This document shows, piece by piece, positions 41,110 through 55,886 of a stretch of DNA of 64,000 bases (the first letter of the stretch is position 1; each line of letters opens with the position of its first letter). A model generated the notes under the pieces. That model searched no databases and was not told the origin of the DNA. It saw nothing but the letters and a program-made list of their open reading frames with translations. The position numbers and the translations under genes are program-made. This DNA comes from Octopus vulgaris (Eukaryota): contig OX597818.1 of the NCBI GenBank assembly GCA_951406725.2, forward strand, positions 117,552,001 to 117,616,000. The letters are read 5' to 3'.

Positions 41110-42127
41110 TTTCTGTGTTTGTGTGCACTGGCACATAAGATTATATATATAAACGAAAATGAGCTAAGTGATGTAACTCAGAATAGCCAGTGGCATGTAT
41201 TTGAATAACACAGAAAATTTCAGTATGTGACATATAAATGAACTTAAAGTCTTCACTTATTAAAATGATAGTTATCTCCCACTCTGGAGGATGTAAGATA
41301 ATTACCAAATGCTAATTAAGGTTAGCTTCATACAAGAAAGTGACATAATCTCAACAATCAAGATTTCACCGAAATTAAGGAAAAACACAGGCTTATCATC
41401 TATATATATAAAGCAATCCGTTGACATGTGTTGCTGGTTTAATAGCCTCAATCGGCGCGATAATTGTTCGCTCCAAAAAGAACAATCATTTGATGGACAT
41501 TTTACTCTAGCTCTAGCTAGATATTGTTGAGTCCCCGGTCTAAACTATGATTATGCCTATGGAAAAGAACTCATGGGATTACATCAATAATTGATTAACT
41601 GTATATGGAAATATCATCTGAAAATTTTTCGCATCCAACTATCACACGATTTTCTAGTGCGTCACTGTTCCTGATTTGTTTATTTTAATTTTAGTGTTTT
41701 GTTCTGGGTAAAACTTAATCCTATAATGTTGAATTAAAATATCTTTGATATTTCCCGAATCCATAGGTTTTGCTATTCTATATTTTGATTTTTGCAATAT
41801 AACTGTTTCGAAAATTTTCAGAGCCAAATTTACAACAAAATATTTAGGTCGAAATATACCCCAAAACCAATTGGGAGGACCATAAGTATCATATGAAATG
41901 CAGAAGCATTCGCGAAAATACTGAAGATATTCGAAAGTTTAAAATACATGTTAGCATAAGATACTATGTTGACTTTTATGCCGGAAAATATGGGAAAAAG
42001 CAATTTGAAGGAAACATTACGTTCGCTCATGATATACAAAATACTTTTCTTCTTGGAGAGTGTCTGAGTACTGTCCACAAAGTTATTTTACGATATTGAT
42101 AAGGATGAGACATTAAGTATATCATAT

Positions 42128-42397
42128 GATCACGTGATCGACCAGACTACTGGATGTTATACATTTTTGGATATATTGCGTTTTTCTATCCTTTCTGCTT
42201 TGAAATTATGCCACCGCGCTGTCTAGGGGAGCAGGCTAACATTTCCCTGTACGGAAGACTAGTTATACACATTTACAGCTGGAGCAATGTGACATGAAAT
42301 GTTTTGCTCAAGAACACATCTGGCATCCGGTCTGGGAATCGAAACCACAATCCTGCGATCATGAGTGCAACACGCGGAACCATGAGACCACGAGCCT
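42128..42397 (-). mobile_element. Diverged family C-type head with a third tail (tail W; better-preserved tail fragment at 44183-44292)
   Basis: TTGCTCAAGAACAC..CCGGTCTGGGAATCGAAACC head. CACGTGA.CGACCAGAC tail is shared with 44183. Confidence 0.6.
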
Positions 42398-42821
42398 TGT
42401 CTATTAATGATATTAATTATAAAACATTCTAAAAGTAAGACAGTTTATTAATTTATAATTTTCTACTTTCTCTCTAAAGCAAACTGCATCAGAACATAAA
42501 GATATTTAATCACAGAATCAGTAGACTATGTCTAATTGTCATGTTCCCTCATCCTGCAATTAATTCGGGTTGTAATAAATTTTAAAAGAATAATTTATCT
42601 GTCAATTACACGCTTTTAGTGTATATCGTTATGAGGTAAGTCGTCAAGGACTCTTAAGTAAGTTAACTAAATTATGATATTCCCGAAATATATGATGGCA
42701 GAAAAATCCCAAACCAATCCTAACAGACATTTATCTAATATGCTTAAGTATAACAAATTGGGATCTGTATGAAGGACGCCAATTAAAACCAAACGCGCGC
42801 ACACATATATGTTCTTTTGTA

Positions 42822-43010
42822 CTTTTATTGTTTCATTTGTTCTAGTCATTTGACTGTGGCCATGCACCGCCTTGAAGTGTTTCAGCCCCCAAAAAGTGAG
42901 CCCAGGACCTATTTCCTTTAAGCCTAGCCTAGTACTTTCCCTATAGGACGCCTTTTGCAGAACCGGTTGTCTAGCGGTAATGGGGAAAAACACAGACACA
43001 ATGGCAGACA
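42822..43010 (-). mobile_element. Diverged SINE family A 3' part
   Basis: AGTCATTTGACTGTGGCCATGCACCGCC..CCTAGTACTT..CTTTTGCAGAACCG. Confidence 0.6.
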
Positions 43011-43039
43011 TAGAGTAATATATACATACATATGCATAA

Positions 43040-43098
<59 letters not shown>

Positions 43099-43285
43099 CA
43101 TACACACACACACACACATATGTATATATATATTGATAGAAATGGTAAGACAACAAAAGAATGAAAGAGACTTCTATATTATATAAATAGAGAAATTTAT
43201 CTGTAAATATAATATGTGACAATTATTTGGTAGTCATGATAAGACTCCGAGTTTCGGATGTTGGGGCGGAAACCAGCATTATATT

Positions 43286-43326
<41 letters not shown>

Positions 43327-44289
43327 CAATATGCCATGTTTCATGGCATATAAGTCGTTCATTGTTTCTGAGAAGGTATCTCAAAATCGCCACGGCCCTT
43401 ATAAGTTGGGACTCACTTAAGCATAGTGCATAAAAATCCTTTTCTTCCTAATTATGCACTGCTGAATGCAATGGGGTGTATCAAACATGCCTGTACGCCT
43501 TTTACCAAATACGAAATTTTGATTCCCTCCACATTCAAACAAACAAATAAAAACACACATGGACACACATGGATACTTGGTAACCTTAATGCTTATTAGT
43601 TATCAGCCGATTAAGTATGATGGTTTCCTACCTGCATTGTGCGAGAGAATTTTATGTCATCTTGTTTACATAAACACATATCAAACGGTGTGACTGTGAG
43701 AAAAGAACGATAGAAATTCTTGTTTTCTGTTAATTAATTGGAATCTAAATATAATTAATAATTAATAAAAAATAATATGTGTTTACGCTTTAATCCTTCC
43801 TAACTAGCAACACAAGATTTCATTGGTTTGTGTTTACCACAGAAAAGAAAATAACAGCTTAAACAAATTCATATGTCAAGGCTGCTCTAGTATTTAACAA
43901 GCTATATCACTGCATTCACGTATATACAGAAATGCCTATATGTACATTTTCTCTGTGTGCACACCGACACGTATGCACACTCACACACGCACACCGACGC
44001 ACAAACACGAGTAGTGGTTTTCTCTCACTATATATGTATGTATGCGTGTAGATGCTAACGGATACAGCTCTTTAATATCATTTAATACTTTAATACGTTT
44101 TACACTATTTCATGGAGAGAACGCTAGTTTACTATAAACACCAATTATATAAATGTATGTATATATATATATATCTTCACGTGATCTTCACGTGAGCGAC
44201 CAGACCATCAGATGTTGTTACACATCGCTGGTCACAATGCGTTCGCATTGTTTTAACCTTCGAATGACCCCACCCCGCTGGCTAAGCGA

Positions 44290-44360
<71 letters not shown>

Positions 44361-44550
44361 TATTTTTTCAATGTGTACAAATACCACGGAAAAAAAAATA
44401 CTTAACAGGGTAGAAGAATATTTACTTAAGTACGAAGGATGTTACATCCTATTTATAAAGGTAGAAATTCCGGAATTTAGTGAAATGTTTTTGTATAGCA
44501 TATAAATTAAGAAATGTAGTTAAACGCAAATGTTATTCAAATCTTTATAC

Positions 44551-44636
44551 TTCCGACATATGTTTCGAAGAAAACATTAGTATTATTCCAGACGGTATAA
44601 ATTGATGTAAAACAATGCGATATTCTCATCAGAAAA
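44551..44636 (-). ncRNA. Type-I hammerhead motif with canonical core and extended stem II
   Basis: tttt-CTGATGA-gaa..gcattg[loop]taatgt..ttc-GAAA-catatg-TC-ggaa. Palindromic stem III ACATATGT, GUC triplet. Stem I is weak (two U-G pairs). Confidence 0.7.
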
Positions 44637-44744
44637 ATAAAGAGAAACAAAGCAAATCAATAAGTTATTTGAACTGAATTTGATTACTGCGTATATGATG
44701 AAGAGAATGTTGGCAAATTATTTTTTAAGTTTTCTATAAATACC

Positions 44745-44816
<72 letters not shown>

Positions 44817-45049
44817 CATGGCCGTACTCTAATCATTGATACAAGTAAAACATACATATATACACACATACAAAATTATGTAAGACTTTTCTCAAGTTTT
44901 AAATATATAGCGTTGTTTTCGTTATCTAGATTCCAGAGATGGGGCTTTTGTATTATTGTTAGAAACCAGCTCTTCCCATGCACGTACGCGTCTGTTGTGT
45001 GTGTGTATGTGTGTGAGTGTGTGAGTGTGTGTGTGTGTGTGTGTGTGTT

Positions 45050-45492
45050 TGTGTTTAGATTTCACTGTTCACTGCTTCACAACTGGTGGTGCTGCCTTTA
45101 CATTCCCCGTAACATTGGGGTTTGGGATAAGAGACCGATGCAAAAAGTACCACTTATACAAATATTAGTACTGGGGTTGATATATTCGGCTACACGCCTT
45201 AAATTAAAAAGAAGTTATATGCTTCTGTATGTATGTATGTGTGTGTGTTTGCGCGTGCGTGTGTCTATCAGTGTACGTCTTTATCTTTACGTTTGTATCC
45301 ACCACTGCCTGACGACCAGTGTTGGTTTAATTAAGTCTATGTTATTTAGCAATTCGGCAGAAGAGCGGTTCTGTGAAAGATCAGTTCGGCAAAATTGGAA
45401 GAACGTAAGTACGAAGACCGATATTTTTCGTATCTAAACCCGTCTATGTGGTGCTCCATTATGGTCGCAGTTCATTAGTTGAAACAAGTAAA
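45050..45492 (+). mobile_element. Diverged SINE family A fragments (two partial units)
   Basis: GAGACCGAT..AAGTAC..GGGGTTGAT and GGTGCTCCATTATGGTCGCAGT..GAAACAAGTAAAA. Confidence 0.55.
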
Positions 45493-46464
45493 ACATATTT
45501 CGTTTTGGATTTGGTTTCCAAGATTCTTCATTTGAGTTCGTGTGTGGAAGCATATTCTGTTGTGCCTGGGGAGAGTCATTTTCTTTTTGTGCCTTATAAT
45601 GTAAATAAAAATAAGAAATAAGTGGAAGTTTTACCGGTGAGTGTGTTACATTATAAGGCACAAAAAGAAAATAAGTCTCCCCAACAGAAGTAAAAAATTA
45701 AAAAAAGCTCAATGTTACATTGTATGTATCACGTCATTCCAAGTTTTCTATATCAATGACGCGTCCGAGCCTTTTACGATCTAAAAATTTGACGTTACAA
45801 GTAATAGGAGTAAAATTTCCAAGTGATAAAATCTCGTAGTGTTAAAAAGGAAATGAAACGTTGTATAATTTGATATCATGTACACCATATCCGCATAAAT
45901 GTGTGGGTGGCCATGGCTTGTTTAATCAGGCTTACATGGGGTTAATCAACAAAACAAGAGAAATTCCTTCAGCTGAGGATTGCACACGAAAATTCTACTT
46001 TCGTTCTGTAAATCGCTTCACTTCACTTTGTCGCACCTGCATGAGAAATCTATCAGAAATCTATGTAGAATAATGCAACTCTTAAGATCAATATTAATCG
46101 ATAGAGAAAGCAAAGAAGAAAACCTCAATATTTACATAGTTTTCACTGGGAAGTAACAATTAATATTCAAAACTGATAACAAATAAAATATAATGGAATT
46201 ATTGTTTAGAGGAAAATGAGCTGACACTGAAAACAAATCGCCAAGAATATTAAAAGTGTGCTAATATAGTTGATTATTGAAAACGATATAGATTTCTCTT
46301 TTTTTTTTGTTTTTTTTTTCTTTTGATAATCTACCACATTAATACACTGTGGAGAATCAACAAAAATCGATGGCCAATAGAGAATAGATCGTAGCAAATA
46401 ACAGAGGTGAACCTAAAGAATCTGAAGAAAACATTTATACATATATCTACTCATATCTATGTAT

Positions 46465-46466
46465 CA

Positions 46467-46536
<70 letters not shown>

Positions 46537-46611
46537 ATATATATATATATATATATCCGTATATCTATCTATATATCTATCTATCCATTTATCTATCTAT
46601 CTATCTATCGG

Positions 46612-46670
<59 letters not shown>

Positions 46671-46803
46671 GTCTCTCTGTATATGTGTGCTTATGCGTGT
46701 ACAAATATACATATTCTTTTCATGTTTCACTCGTTAGACGGCGACCATGTTGGGGCAGCGCATTGAGCAATGTTATATTCGAAGGAATAATAATAATAAT
46801 AGC

Positions 46804-46872
<69 letters not shown>

Positions 46873-46891
46873 TATTATTATTATTATTATT
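46465..46891. repeat. (TCTA)n followed by (AAT)n(ATT)n microsatellites
   Basis: Direct reading of the sequence. Confidence 0.95.
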
Positions 46892-47130
46892 TGACTGGCG
46901 TGGCAATTAACATTTCGGGAGTGTTGCTACGTAGAGGTGTTTTTGAAGAATTTTTATCGAATAAATGTTATGCAATAATTTTAAATGTATTAATGTACAT
47001 ATAGTTTTCATAGTAGGTGTGAATATTTAGGTGCATTTTCTGAAGTAGGTAGGCAGAGGAATTATACTTAGCCTTAGATATTTTTGCTCTGCTTCTTCAT
47101 TAATTCATAATATTATGAAAGAATTGGTAG

Positions 47131-47221
<91 letters not shown>

Positions 47222-47249
47222 AAGGGTGGAAAGGAACACACGAGTTGAT

Positions 47250-47825
<576 letters not shown>

Positions 47826-47833
47826 ATATATAT

Positions 47834-48037
47834 AGTTAATCCAAACATGAAAACAGAAAGAGAAAACACAACAACGCGAGGACGTGGAACGAATATAGTA
47901 TTATTGGACGCTCAGAAAGGAAGGGAAGAAGGAGGGTTTAACGTTTCGAGTGGAGCTCTTCGTCAGAAACATAGGAAAAGGAAAGATCCAGAGTTGGGAA
48001 GACGGAGGAATACAATCGCGAACGATACACACGCGGT

Positions 48038-48041
<4 letters not shown>
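47834..48041 (-). mobile_element. Short hammerhead-bearing repeat (family E)
   Basis: Colinear with 26839-27046. Hammerhead at 47936-47970: gttt-CTGACGA-a-gag-ctcca-ctc-GAAA-cgtt-aaac. Confidence 0.8.
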
Positions 48042-48093
<52 letters not shown>

Positions 48094-48097
<4 letters not shown>

Positions 48098-48440
48098 TGA
48101 TTGATTGATTGATTCTAGTTTCAGCTCATGAGCTGTGGCCATGCTGGGGCACCGCCATTTGGTGTTGCTACTTGGTTTCACTTCATGGAGGCTTTCTAGC
48201 AACTGCTATTTGGTGCATGAGAGAGTTCGATGCAGCTGCCCTCATCTGCCCCTCCTGCCGTGAAGTTGGTTCATCTGGGACACCTGACAGGAAGAGATCC
48301 AGCTTCATTTTAAAGACATCTGTATCCACCCCATGCAGGTCTCTCAGGTTCTTCGGGAGGATATTGAAGAGCTGTGGGCCTCGGAAGCCCAGGCTATCAC
48401 AGAAGCCCAGGCTATCACAGAAGCCCAGGTTATCACAGAA
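48094..48440 (-). mobile_element. 5'-truncated LINE 3' end (CR1/L2-group-like ORF2 C-terminus) with short 3'UTR and (ATCA)n tail
   Basis: SLGFRGPQLFNILPKNLRDL..FKMKLDLFLSGVPDEP..RAAASNSL matches the post-RT FNxLP..FKxxLDxFL motif. Stop at 48183. Confidence 0.8.
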
Positions 48441-48789
48441 TATGTGTGTGTGTGTATATATATAGGCATGATACATACATTATGTCTGTATATACGTGTA
48501 CATATACATAATAATAGAATTAATAGAAACAATAATTCTATCGAACATTGAGACCGAACCACTTATTTCTGGAGGAAGTGATCAGGCAATACCAACGACC
48601 CCAACATTATTTGACTGGCACTTTATTTTTTCAACGCCGGAGTGCTGTGGCTACACTATGATAGATACCTGTGTGTCTTTATGTATGTTTCGTATGCATG
48701 TGTGTATGTATGTATGTGAATGCACGCATGTATATGTGAATGTGTGCATGTGTGTGTATGTATGTGTGTATATATGTGTGTATGTATGT

Positions 48790-48863
<74 letters not shown>

Positions 48864-49284
48864 TTGCTTGTATGTATGCGTGCATGTATGTACGTATCTA
48901 TGTACGCATGTATGTATATAAGTATGTAAGTATTTAAGTATATATATATATTTATATACATATATATTATATATATGTATGTAAATGTATATAAATATAT
49001 ATCTTTATAAGTATATCTGTCTCTCTATATGTATGTATATATGAAATGTATGTATATATGTATGTATGTATGTATGCAAGTATATATATATGCAAGTATG
49101 TATGTATGGTGATAAATTGATAGAGAAAAGTAAGAGTCAAACTCAACAATGAACGACAAAATTTTCAGTCAACAGGTACGACGTAGAGCGATGTTAGACA
49201 TAAAATGAAGTTAATACGTAATTCTCTGCATCCAAAGTCTAAAGACATTCACGAACAGAACACATCTCCTCCATGATTAAACGA

Positions 49285-49450
<166 letters not shown>

Positions 49451-50366
49451 CCGGGGTGATTTAAATTAATCGTTGGGCCTGCAATTACGCATATTATTGA
49501 TTCTGCTATTATCATTTTAAAATTGTTACACTAGATAATAATAGGGTCAATGGTATCTTCGCAACTATTTTCTCGTTAATTGTTTTTCTCTTCAATTATT
49601 TGCTCTGTATTGAAATATATATACATTGAGATGTCCTTATACTTGTATATTTAAAATTAAAATCCATTGTAATTCCACGTAATATATTTAAACATCGACC
49701 AAAAAACCACAATTGGTAGTTCTTACAACTCATGTTCAATCATAATAATCGTCACCGTTGCAGGCATGACATTCTTCAACAGAATAAAATTGCTATATAG
49801 AAGTGTTTCCTGAATTTAAAGTACTTTTGAAGGGATGTGTATAATTAACGCAGTAAAAGTTTTGCTTCAACTGACAACTGTTGGAAATACACCTTTACAA
49901 AATATTAAATATTTAGCATCTATTATATTTACACTTATATTATACATAGCCTCTTTAGTGCTTGTGATAATACGAATTATATAGAACTGAATGATTATGT
50001 CCCCACCACGAAGTAATGCAAAGTTTGAACCTTTGAATATAGAAAGACGTGGTGAGAAGATAAGTCTAAAGTAAGAGAAAACAGCAGTTTAAAGTTTGCG
50101 ATGAGATAAAGTTGAAATCACCAAAAAGAGGCATTTTATAACTGCGTGATTTGAAATCGTACTATAAGGAGATGTACTTATCAATATAACGAAACGAACA
50201 TAAACTGGCTTTAGGTTACTGAAAATCAATAACAATCAGTTAAATCTATATTTTATTACATAAATTCCTTGACTTGTGTCTTCCGTCGAAGGTGTAGTGA
50301 AAGTGACACTGCAGAAAGATAGCTCATGTGGCATGTGCTTATATATAACACACACATATATATATA

Positions 50367-50562
50367 GGGTTTTCTCAAAAGGTCTCTCAGCAGTAAGTAT
50401 TTAATGGTTTTGGGGCGATTCTTGTACATTGATCCTTTACTTGCTCCTCATAAACAAACAGTCTGGAGGTGTTAAATCAGGTGATTTAACTCTTGAAATA
50501 GCGGTATAGTGGTGCGCAGGATGAAAGAATAAACTGCGGTGAGACTTTTGAACAGCCTCTGT
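50367..50562. mobile_element. Possible decayed Tc1/mariner-type MITE
   Basis: Imperfect TIRs GGGTTTTCTCAAAAGGTCTCTCAGCAGT / ACTGCGGTGAGACTTTTGAACAGCCTCTG in a TA-rich context. Confidence 0.35.
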
Positions 50563-50571
50563 GTGTATGTG

Positions 50572-50658
<87 letters not shown>

Positions 50659-51595
50659 GGCGTGAAATTAAGGTTATGAGAGGTAATGGTGTCAAGAAGA
50701 CCCAAAAGTGTCAGGTAATAGTGAGTAAGTGGTATGTACAGACTATATATACATATATATATACAATCACACGCATGTATACTCATAAAGATATATACAT
50801 ATACATACACACATATGAATAAATGTACAAATATATATAGTTGTATAGCCACTTAAAACGTGTATGCATAAATGTATGTATGAATGTGTGTGTGAACATT
50901 CTGTCCTGTTTGAATACAAAAAGAAAATGAAAAGAAGGAAAATGTTTTCAATAGAAATCGATAGAGTGAATACGATACGAGGTACTGTTGCTGATATTTG
51001 CAAGTTAAATCTTAACGGTCGGGTCCTGGGCCGGTGGTAGTCCACTGACAAATGTTACAAAACAATACGAGAACAAATTGTCCAATGTACTAACATAATC
51101 GAGATATATGTGATATGGGCATATCTTCATATATATATACATACAAGCATACATACATACATACATACATACACTTACGTACACACACATACACACAAAC
51201 ATATATATATATGTATATATACAATGATATATACATACTTATATACATTCATGCATGTAAATCGATGGCGACATATGGATTCCTAGACGTCGAGAGATGA
51301 AATAATTCAATTTTGGCACGTTGGAACTCGAAGCAGATAAGTTATAAATGACATCATGTAAAACATTGAGTTAAAAATTCATTTGGATAGAAAAATTTAA
51401 AGGGTGTCTGTGTTTACAGGAGATTGTAACTGATGTCCAACGGACAACTTCGCGCTTTTCCTATTAAAAGGGGGTTTCTGACCCAGTATGTACACACTAA
51501 AACTTTTGAATTTATCTGCTTCAACATACAAAGTTCTGAAAAATTATGTTATACATACACACATGCATACATACATACATACATACATACATACA

Positions 51596-51669
<74 letters not shown>

Positions 51670-52740
51670 GTATGTATTTATGCATTTATATATACACATG
51701 TGTGTTTGTGTGCGTGTGTATGCGTAAATAACTATGATACGAATGTGAGACTATGTATAATTCATCGTCTGTCTAGTTCAGCAGTATCGCATGCAGTCAT
51801 AAATATAATGAGACGACTAATTTTGTATAATTATCTCATTTATAATTTTCTTGTTGTCTGCTTGATGGTCGTTGTTATTTATATTTATTTAATATTCTTT
51901 CTTGTTTTGATTATTTGTTTTATTACTTTTCCATGTATTGTTTTTGTATTTTAAAATCTTTACGTATAAATAATCATATTAAAAGTATTTAGATATTTCT
52001 TTGTTTATTCAACGGCACAATGGCGTGGAAATGCTGTTTTGTAATACTAATTTACATACCTTGTTTTCACTTCTGTACTCTGCCAGTAATGTGTAGACCA
52101 AGAAGGAACGTGATTGAGAGGGAATGTGTGTGTTTCTGTGTGAGTGTGTGTGTGTGTGAAACAGAGAGAGAAATAAAGGAGGGGAGAAAGAGAGAGAGAG
52201 AGAGAAAGCGGGGGAAGATGAAAGAAAGAGAGGCAAAATATGCAAACGATCAGACAAGAGCTAATGGGAGGGTAGGAAAGTGAAAGTAGGAGTAAAGAAA
52301 CAGCCAGTGTAACAAATTAAATCTTATATGAATGAATGATTCACTTCAAACTCCCACCACTTTCGTGTATGCAAATATATTTACATAATAATTTAGCTCG
52401 GATACTATCTCTGTACGCCATAGGTTCACATATATACAAGCGAATATATGCTGATCTAATTGTTAATGTAGTTATCTTATATGAATCTTTAACCATTGCT
52501 TTGCCCAATTGAACACTCGTCTCACGTAAACGATCGTTGTTTCCAAACACAGAATCGACCCATGTCGTCTTTTTTTCCATATTATGACAAAGCTTTTTCA
52601 ATAATTTATATTCTGCAGCGCATAAAATTACTTCATTCATTCATAACTTCATTCACATGTATTGACATCTTGTGTCGTAAGCGTTCTCACATACACAGAC
52701 GCACGCACCACACATATACCCATTGAAGCACGAATACAAT

Positions 52741-52801
<61 letters not shown>

Positions 52802-52892
52802 GTATATATATTTATGTATATATATATATTTATGTATGTGTATATATTTATGAATATATATATATATATATATTTATGTATATATATATATT

Positions 52893-52968
<76 letters not shown>

Positions 52969-53577
52969 TATGTATATATATATATTCATACATAAATCTA
53001 TCTGTCTAGAGAAAGAGTGAAGACAGATTACGGTAGACAGAATCACACAGATGAACACATATTCGCACACTCACACAACGACAAGCATCGGTAAATTCAC
53101 CCCACACTCTGGAGTTCATTGAGACATACACAACGCCCACGCACAAAATATTCCACCTAAAACTGAACTTCACTCTGATCACGCTCGCTATTATTATTCT
53201 TGTGTTGTTCTCGATCGACCACTTTTGTCTGACCCGTCCTCTCCCTCCTCTTTTCTTTATTTCCACACGCACACACACTCACTCACTCACACACATACAC
53301 ACACACGTACGCACTTTGTCATTCAACTGCAGCTAAATTGTAGGAACACTTCACGTGATTAGTCAAATATATCCACCTTAGTACTTACAAGTTTTATAAA
53401 AACCCGTCCGTATTGTATAGATCGTAAAGAAACCTATACAATACCAGTTGACACGTAATAGAGTACAAGAGTGTATACATGTGTATGTGTGTGGTTGTGT
53501 GTGTGAAAGAGCAATGGACTATATTCTACTACGTCCTTAACAGAATATAACCTGCATATATATACATATATATATAC

Positions 53578-53899
53578 GAAGGTGCGTAGCTTAGTGGTTA
53601 GGGCAATCGGTTCACGATTGTAAGGTCGTGAGTTCAATTCCCAGCGACGCGTTGTGTCCTTCAGCAAGACTCTTTATTTCACGTTGCTCCAGTCCATTCA
53701 GCTGGCAAATATGAGTAGTACCTGTATTTCAAAGGGCCAGCCTTGTCATACTCTGTGTCACGCTGATTCTCCCTGAGAACTACATTAAGCGTACACGTTT
53801 CTGTGGAGTGCTCAGCCACTTGCATATTAATTCAACAAGCAAGCTGATCCGTTGATCGTATCAGCTGGGGCCCTCGTTATCATAACCGACGGAGTGCTA
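53578..53899 (+). mobile_element. SINE family C with tail X
   Basis: Colinear with 33551-33872. Confidence 0.9.
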
Positions 53900-54405
53900 C
53901 AATATATACGTATATATATATATATATATATATATAGGTAAAAAAGGTAAGATAACAAAAGCCGATCTGTTTTTCAGATGGCCAGATTACCGTAGAGATG
54001 GTGGTGTGGATTTCCACCTCGGCATCCGTAACTCAGAATTTTATCTCGGCTACTGAATAATTGTCACATATTAATTTACACACACACACACGCACATATA
54101 TACATAGTTAGGTTATATTCTTTTAAGAACGTGGTGGAGTATAGTCTAAAGCTCTTCCACCTTCAGATTTCACGCGGTTCTATCCAGCAACAGTATTATA
54201 TATACTGCTAGATCTACGTTAGGGCTTCTGTAGTGTGTCAATGGATAATTCAAAGTCGTTTATCAACAAAAATTCACCCACAACACAGGGAAACCGTTAC
54301 AAACCAAATACATGCAAATCTGGAGAACTATGTTGTGCGGAAACAAATGTAGTGATTACAAGTAAATGTCCAACTCCACTACACCTTGTTGACTCTATCT
54401 CATTC

Positions 54406-54442
<37 letters not shown>

Positions 54443-54542
54443 AAGAAAAATGGGACAAGACCGCAAAACATCCAGACAAACGTTAGAAGGAAAACAAGGA
54501 CGGATTATTCGGAGTTTTCTATCCTCAGTCGTGTTCCAGATT

Positions 54543-54595
<53 letters not shown>

Positions 54596-55468
54596 ATGTG
54601 TGTGTATAAAGCTGAGAATGTGTCTGTCTGTATATATATACATATATATATAAATATACCACACACACACGCATACACACAGACACAGACACACATATTT
54701 CGGTATATCTTATTTAATTTGGGTATACTATAGTATTCGCCTTGAGAATGCTTTTCGTATAGACGTATATTGTGCATATAGAAGTGTGTCAACAGCAGAG
54801 GAAGGGTGTCTATCTATTGCGCCGGTATAACTTCTAATCCCAGCATTTCTGCTTATTTCTGCGTCATCCATCGGTAGCAAGTATCTACTATCAACTGCAT
54901 TCTTAGAGAAATTTATCCTCTACTGACACAGAAAAATATTGATTTACAAATCACTGGTAGCCATTAGCGTGGCAAATAACTTCTGGGTTGGGCCGGGTAA
55001 AAGTCATTTATTAACGTCGGAAGCGGTATTGCTTCAGATTAACACTGTATAAATTACTGAATGTGTGTATATATATACATAGTAGAAAGCACCAAAAACC
55101 TTCAGTATTCATGTTACATTTAAAGGCTTAAAATCCACATGAAGCTTACTGTTGCTAAGTTTATTTTTCGTTTTAAATCAAATTTGATTAGTGAGTACCA
55201 GAATACAAGTACTAATTTATGAGATTAATTCCTAATTTCCTGATAATATTAACCACTTATATTTGAATTTTGCCCTGTATTGCGTCTAAGATGTTTGTGT
55301 TTTCCACCTAAGAGCAAAATCTCAACTAATTAGTAGTTTTATGGTGTGCAATAATCATATCTGTATTTATTATAATTACCTAAATTTATACCATTAGCCA
55401 TTTCAGTTGCAGCTCTTAGCTAATTACATATTTAATTATGCAAATTATATATGCCAAAACTTTTATGC

Positions 55469-55886
55469 TCTTTTACTCTTTTGCTTGTTTCAGTCATTTG
55501 ACTGTGGCCATGCTGGAGCACTGCTTTTAGTCGAGCAAATCGACCCCAGTACCTATTTTTTGTATGCCTAGTACTTATTTTATCGGTCTCTTTTGCCGAA
55601 CCGCTAAGTTACGGTGACGTCAATACATCATCATCGGTTTTCAAGCGATGTTGGAGGAGACAAACACAGACACACACACGCGCACACACACATGTGTATA
55701 TATATATATGTACATATATACGACGGGCTTCTTTCAATTTCCGTCTACCAAACCCACTCACAAGGCTTTGGTCTGCACGAGACTATAGTAGAAGACACTT
55801 GCCCAAGGTACCATGCAGTGGGACTGAACGCAGGAACTATGTGGTTAGTAAGCAAGCTACTTACCACACAGCCACTCCTGCACCTG
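55469..55886 (-). mobile_element. SINE family A, full length
   Basis: Head GGTGCAGGAGTGGCTGTGTGGTAAGTAGC on minus through to tail GACTGAAACAAGCAAAAGAGTAAAAGAG. Confidence 0.9.

Noticed and set aside
48384-48440. CRISPR-like short repeats
   Set aside because: Three adjacent units without spacers, inside a eukaryotic LINE fragment.
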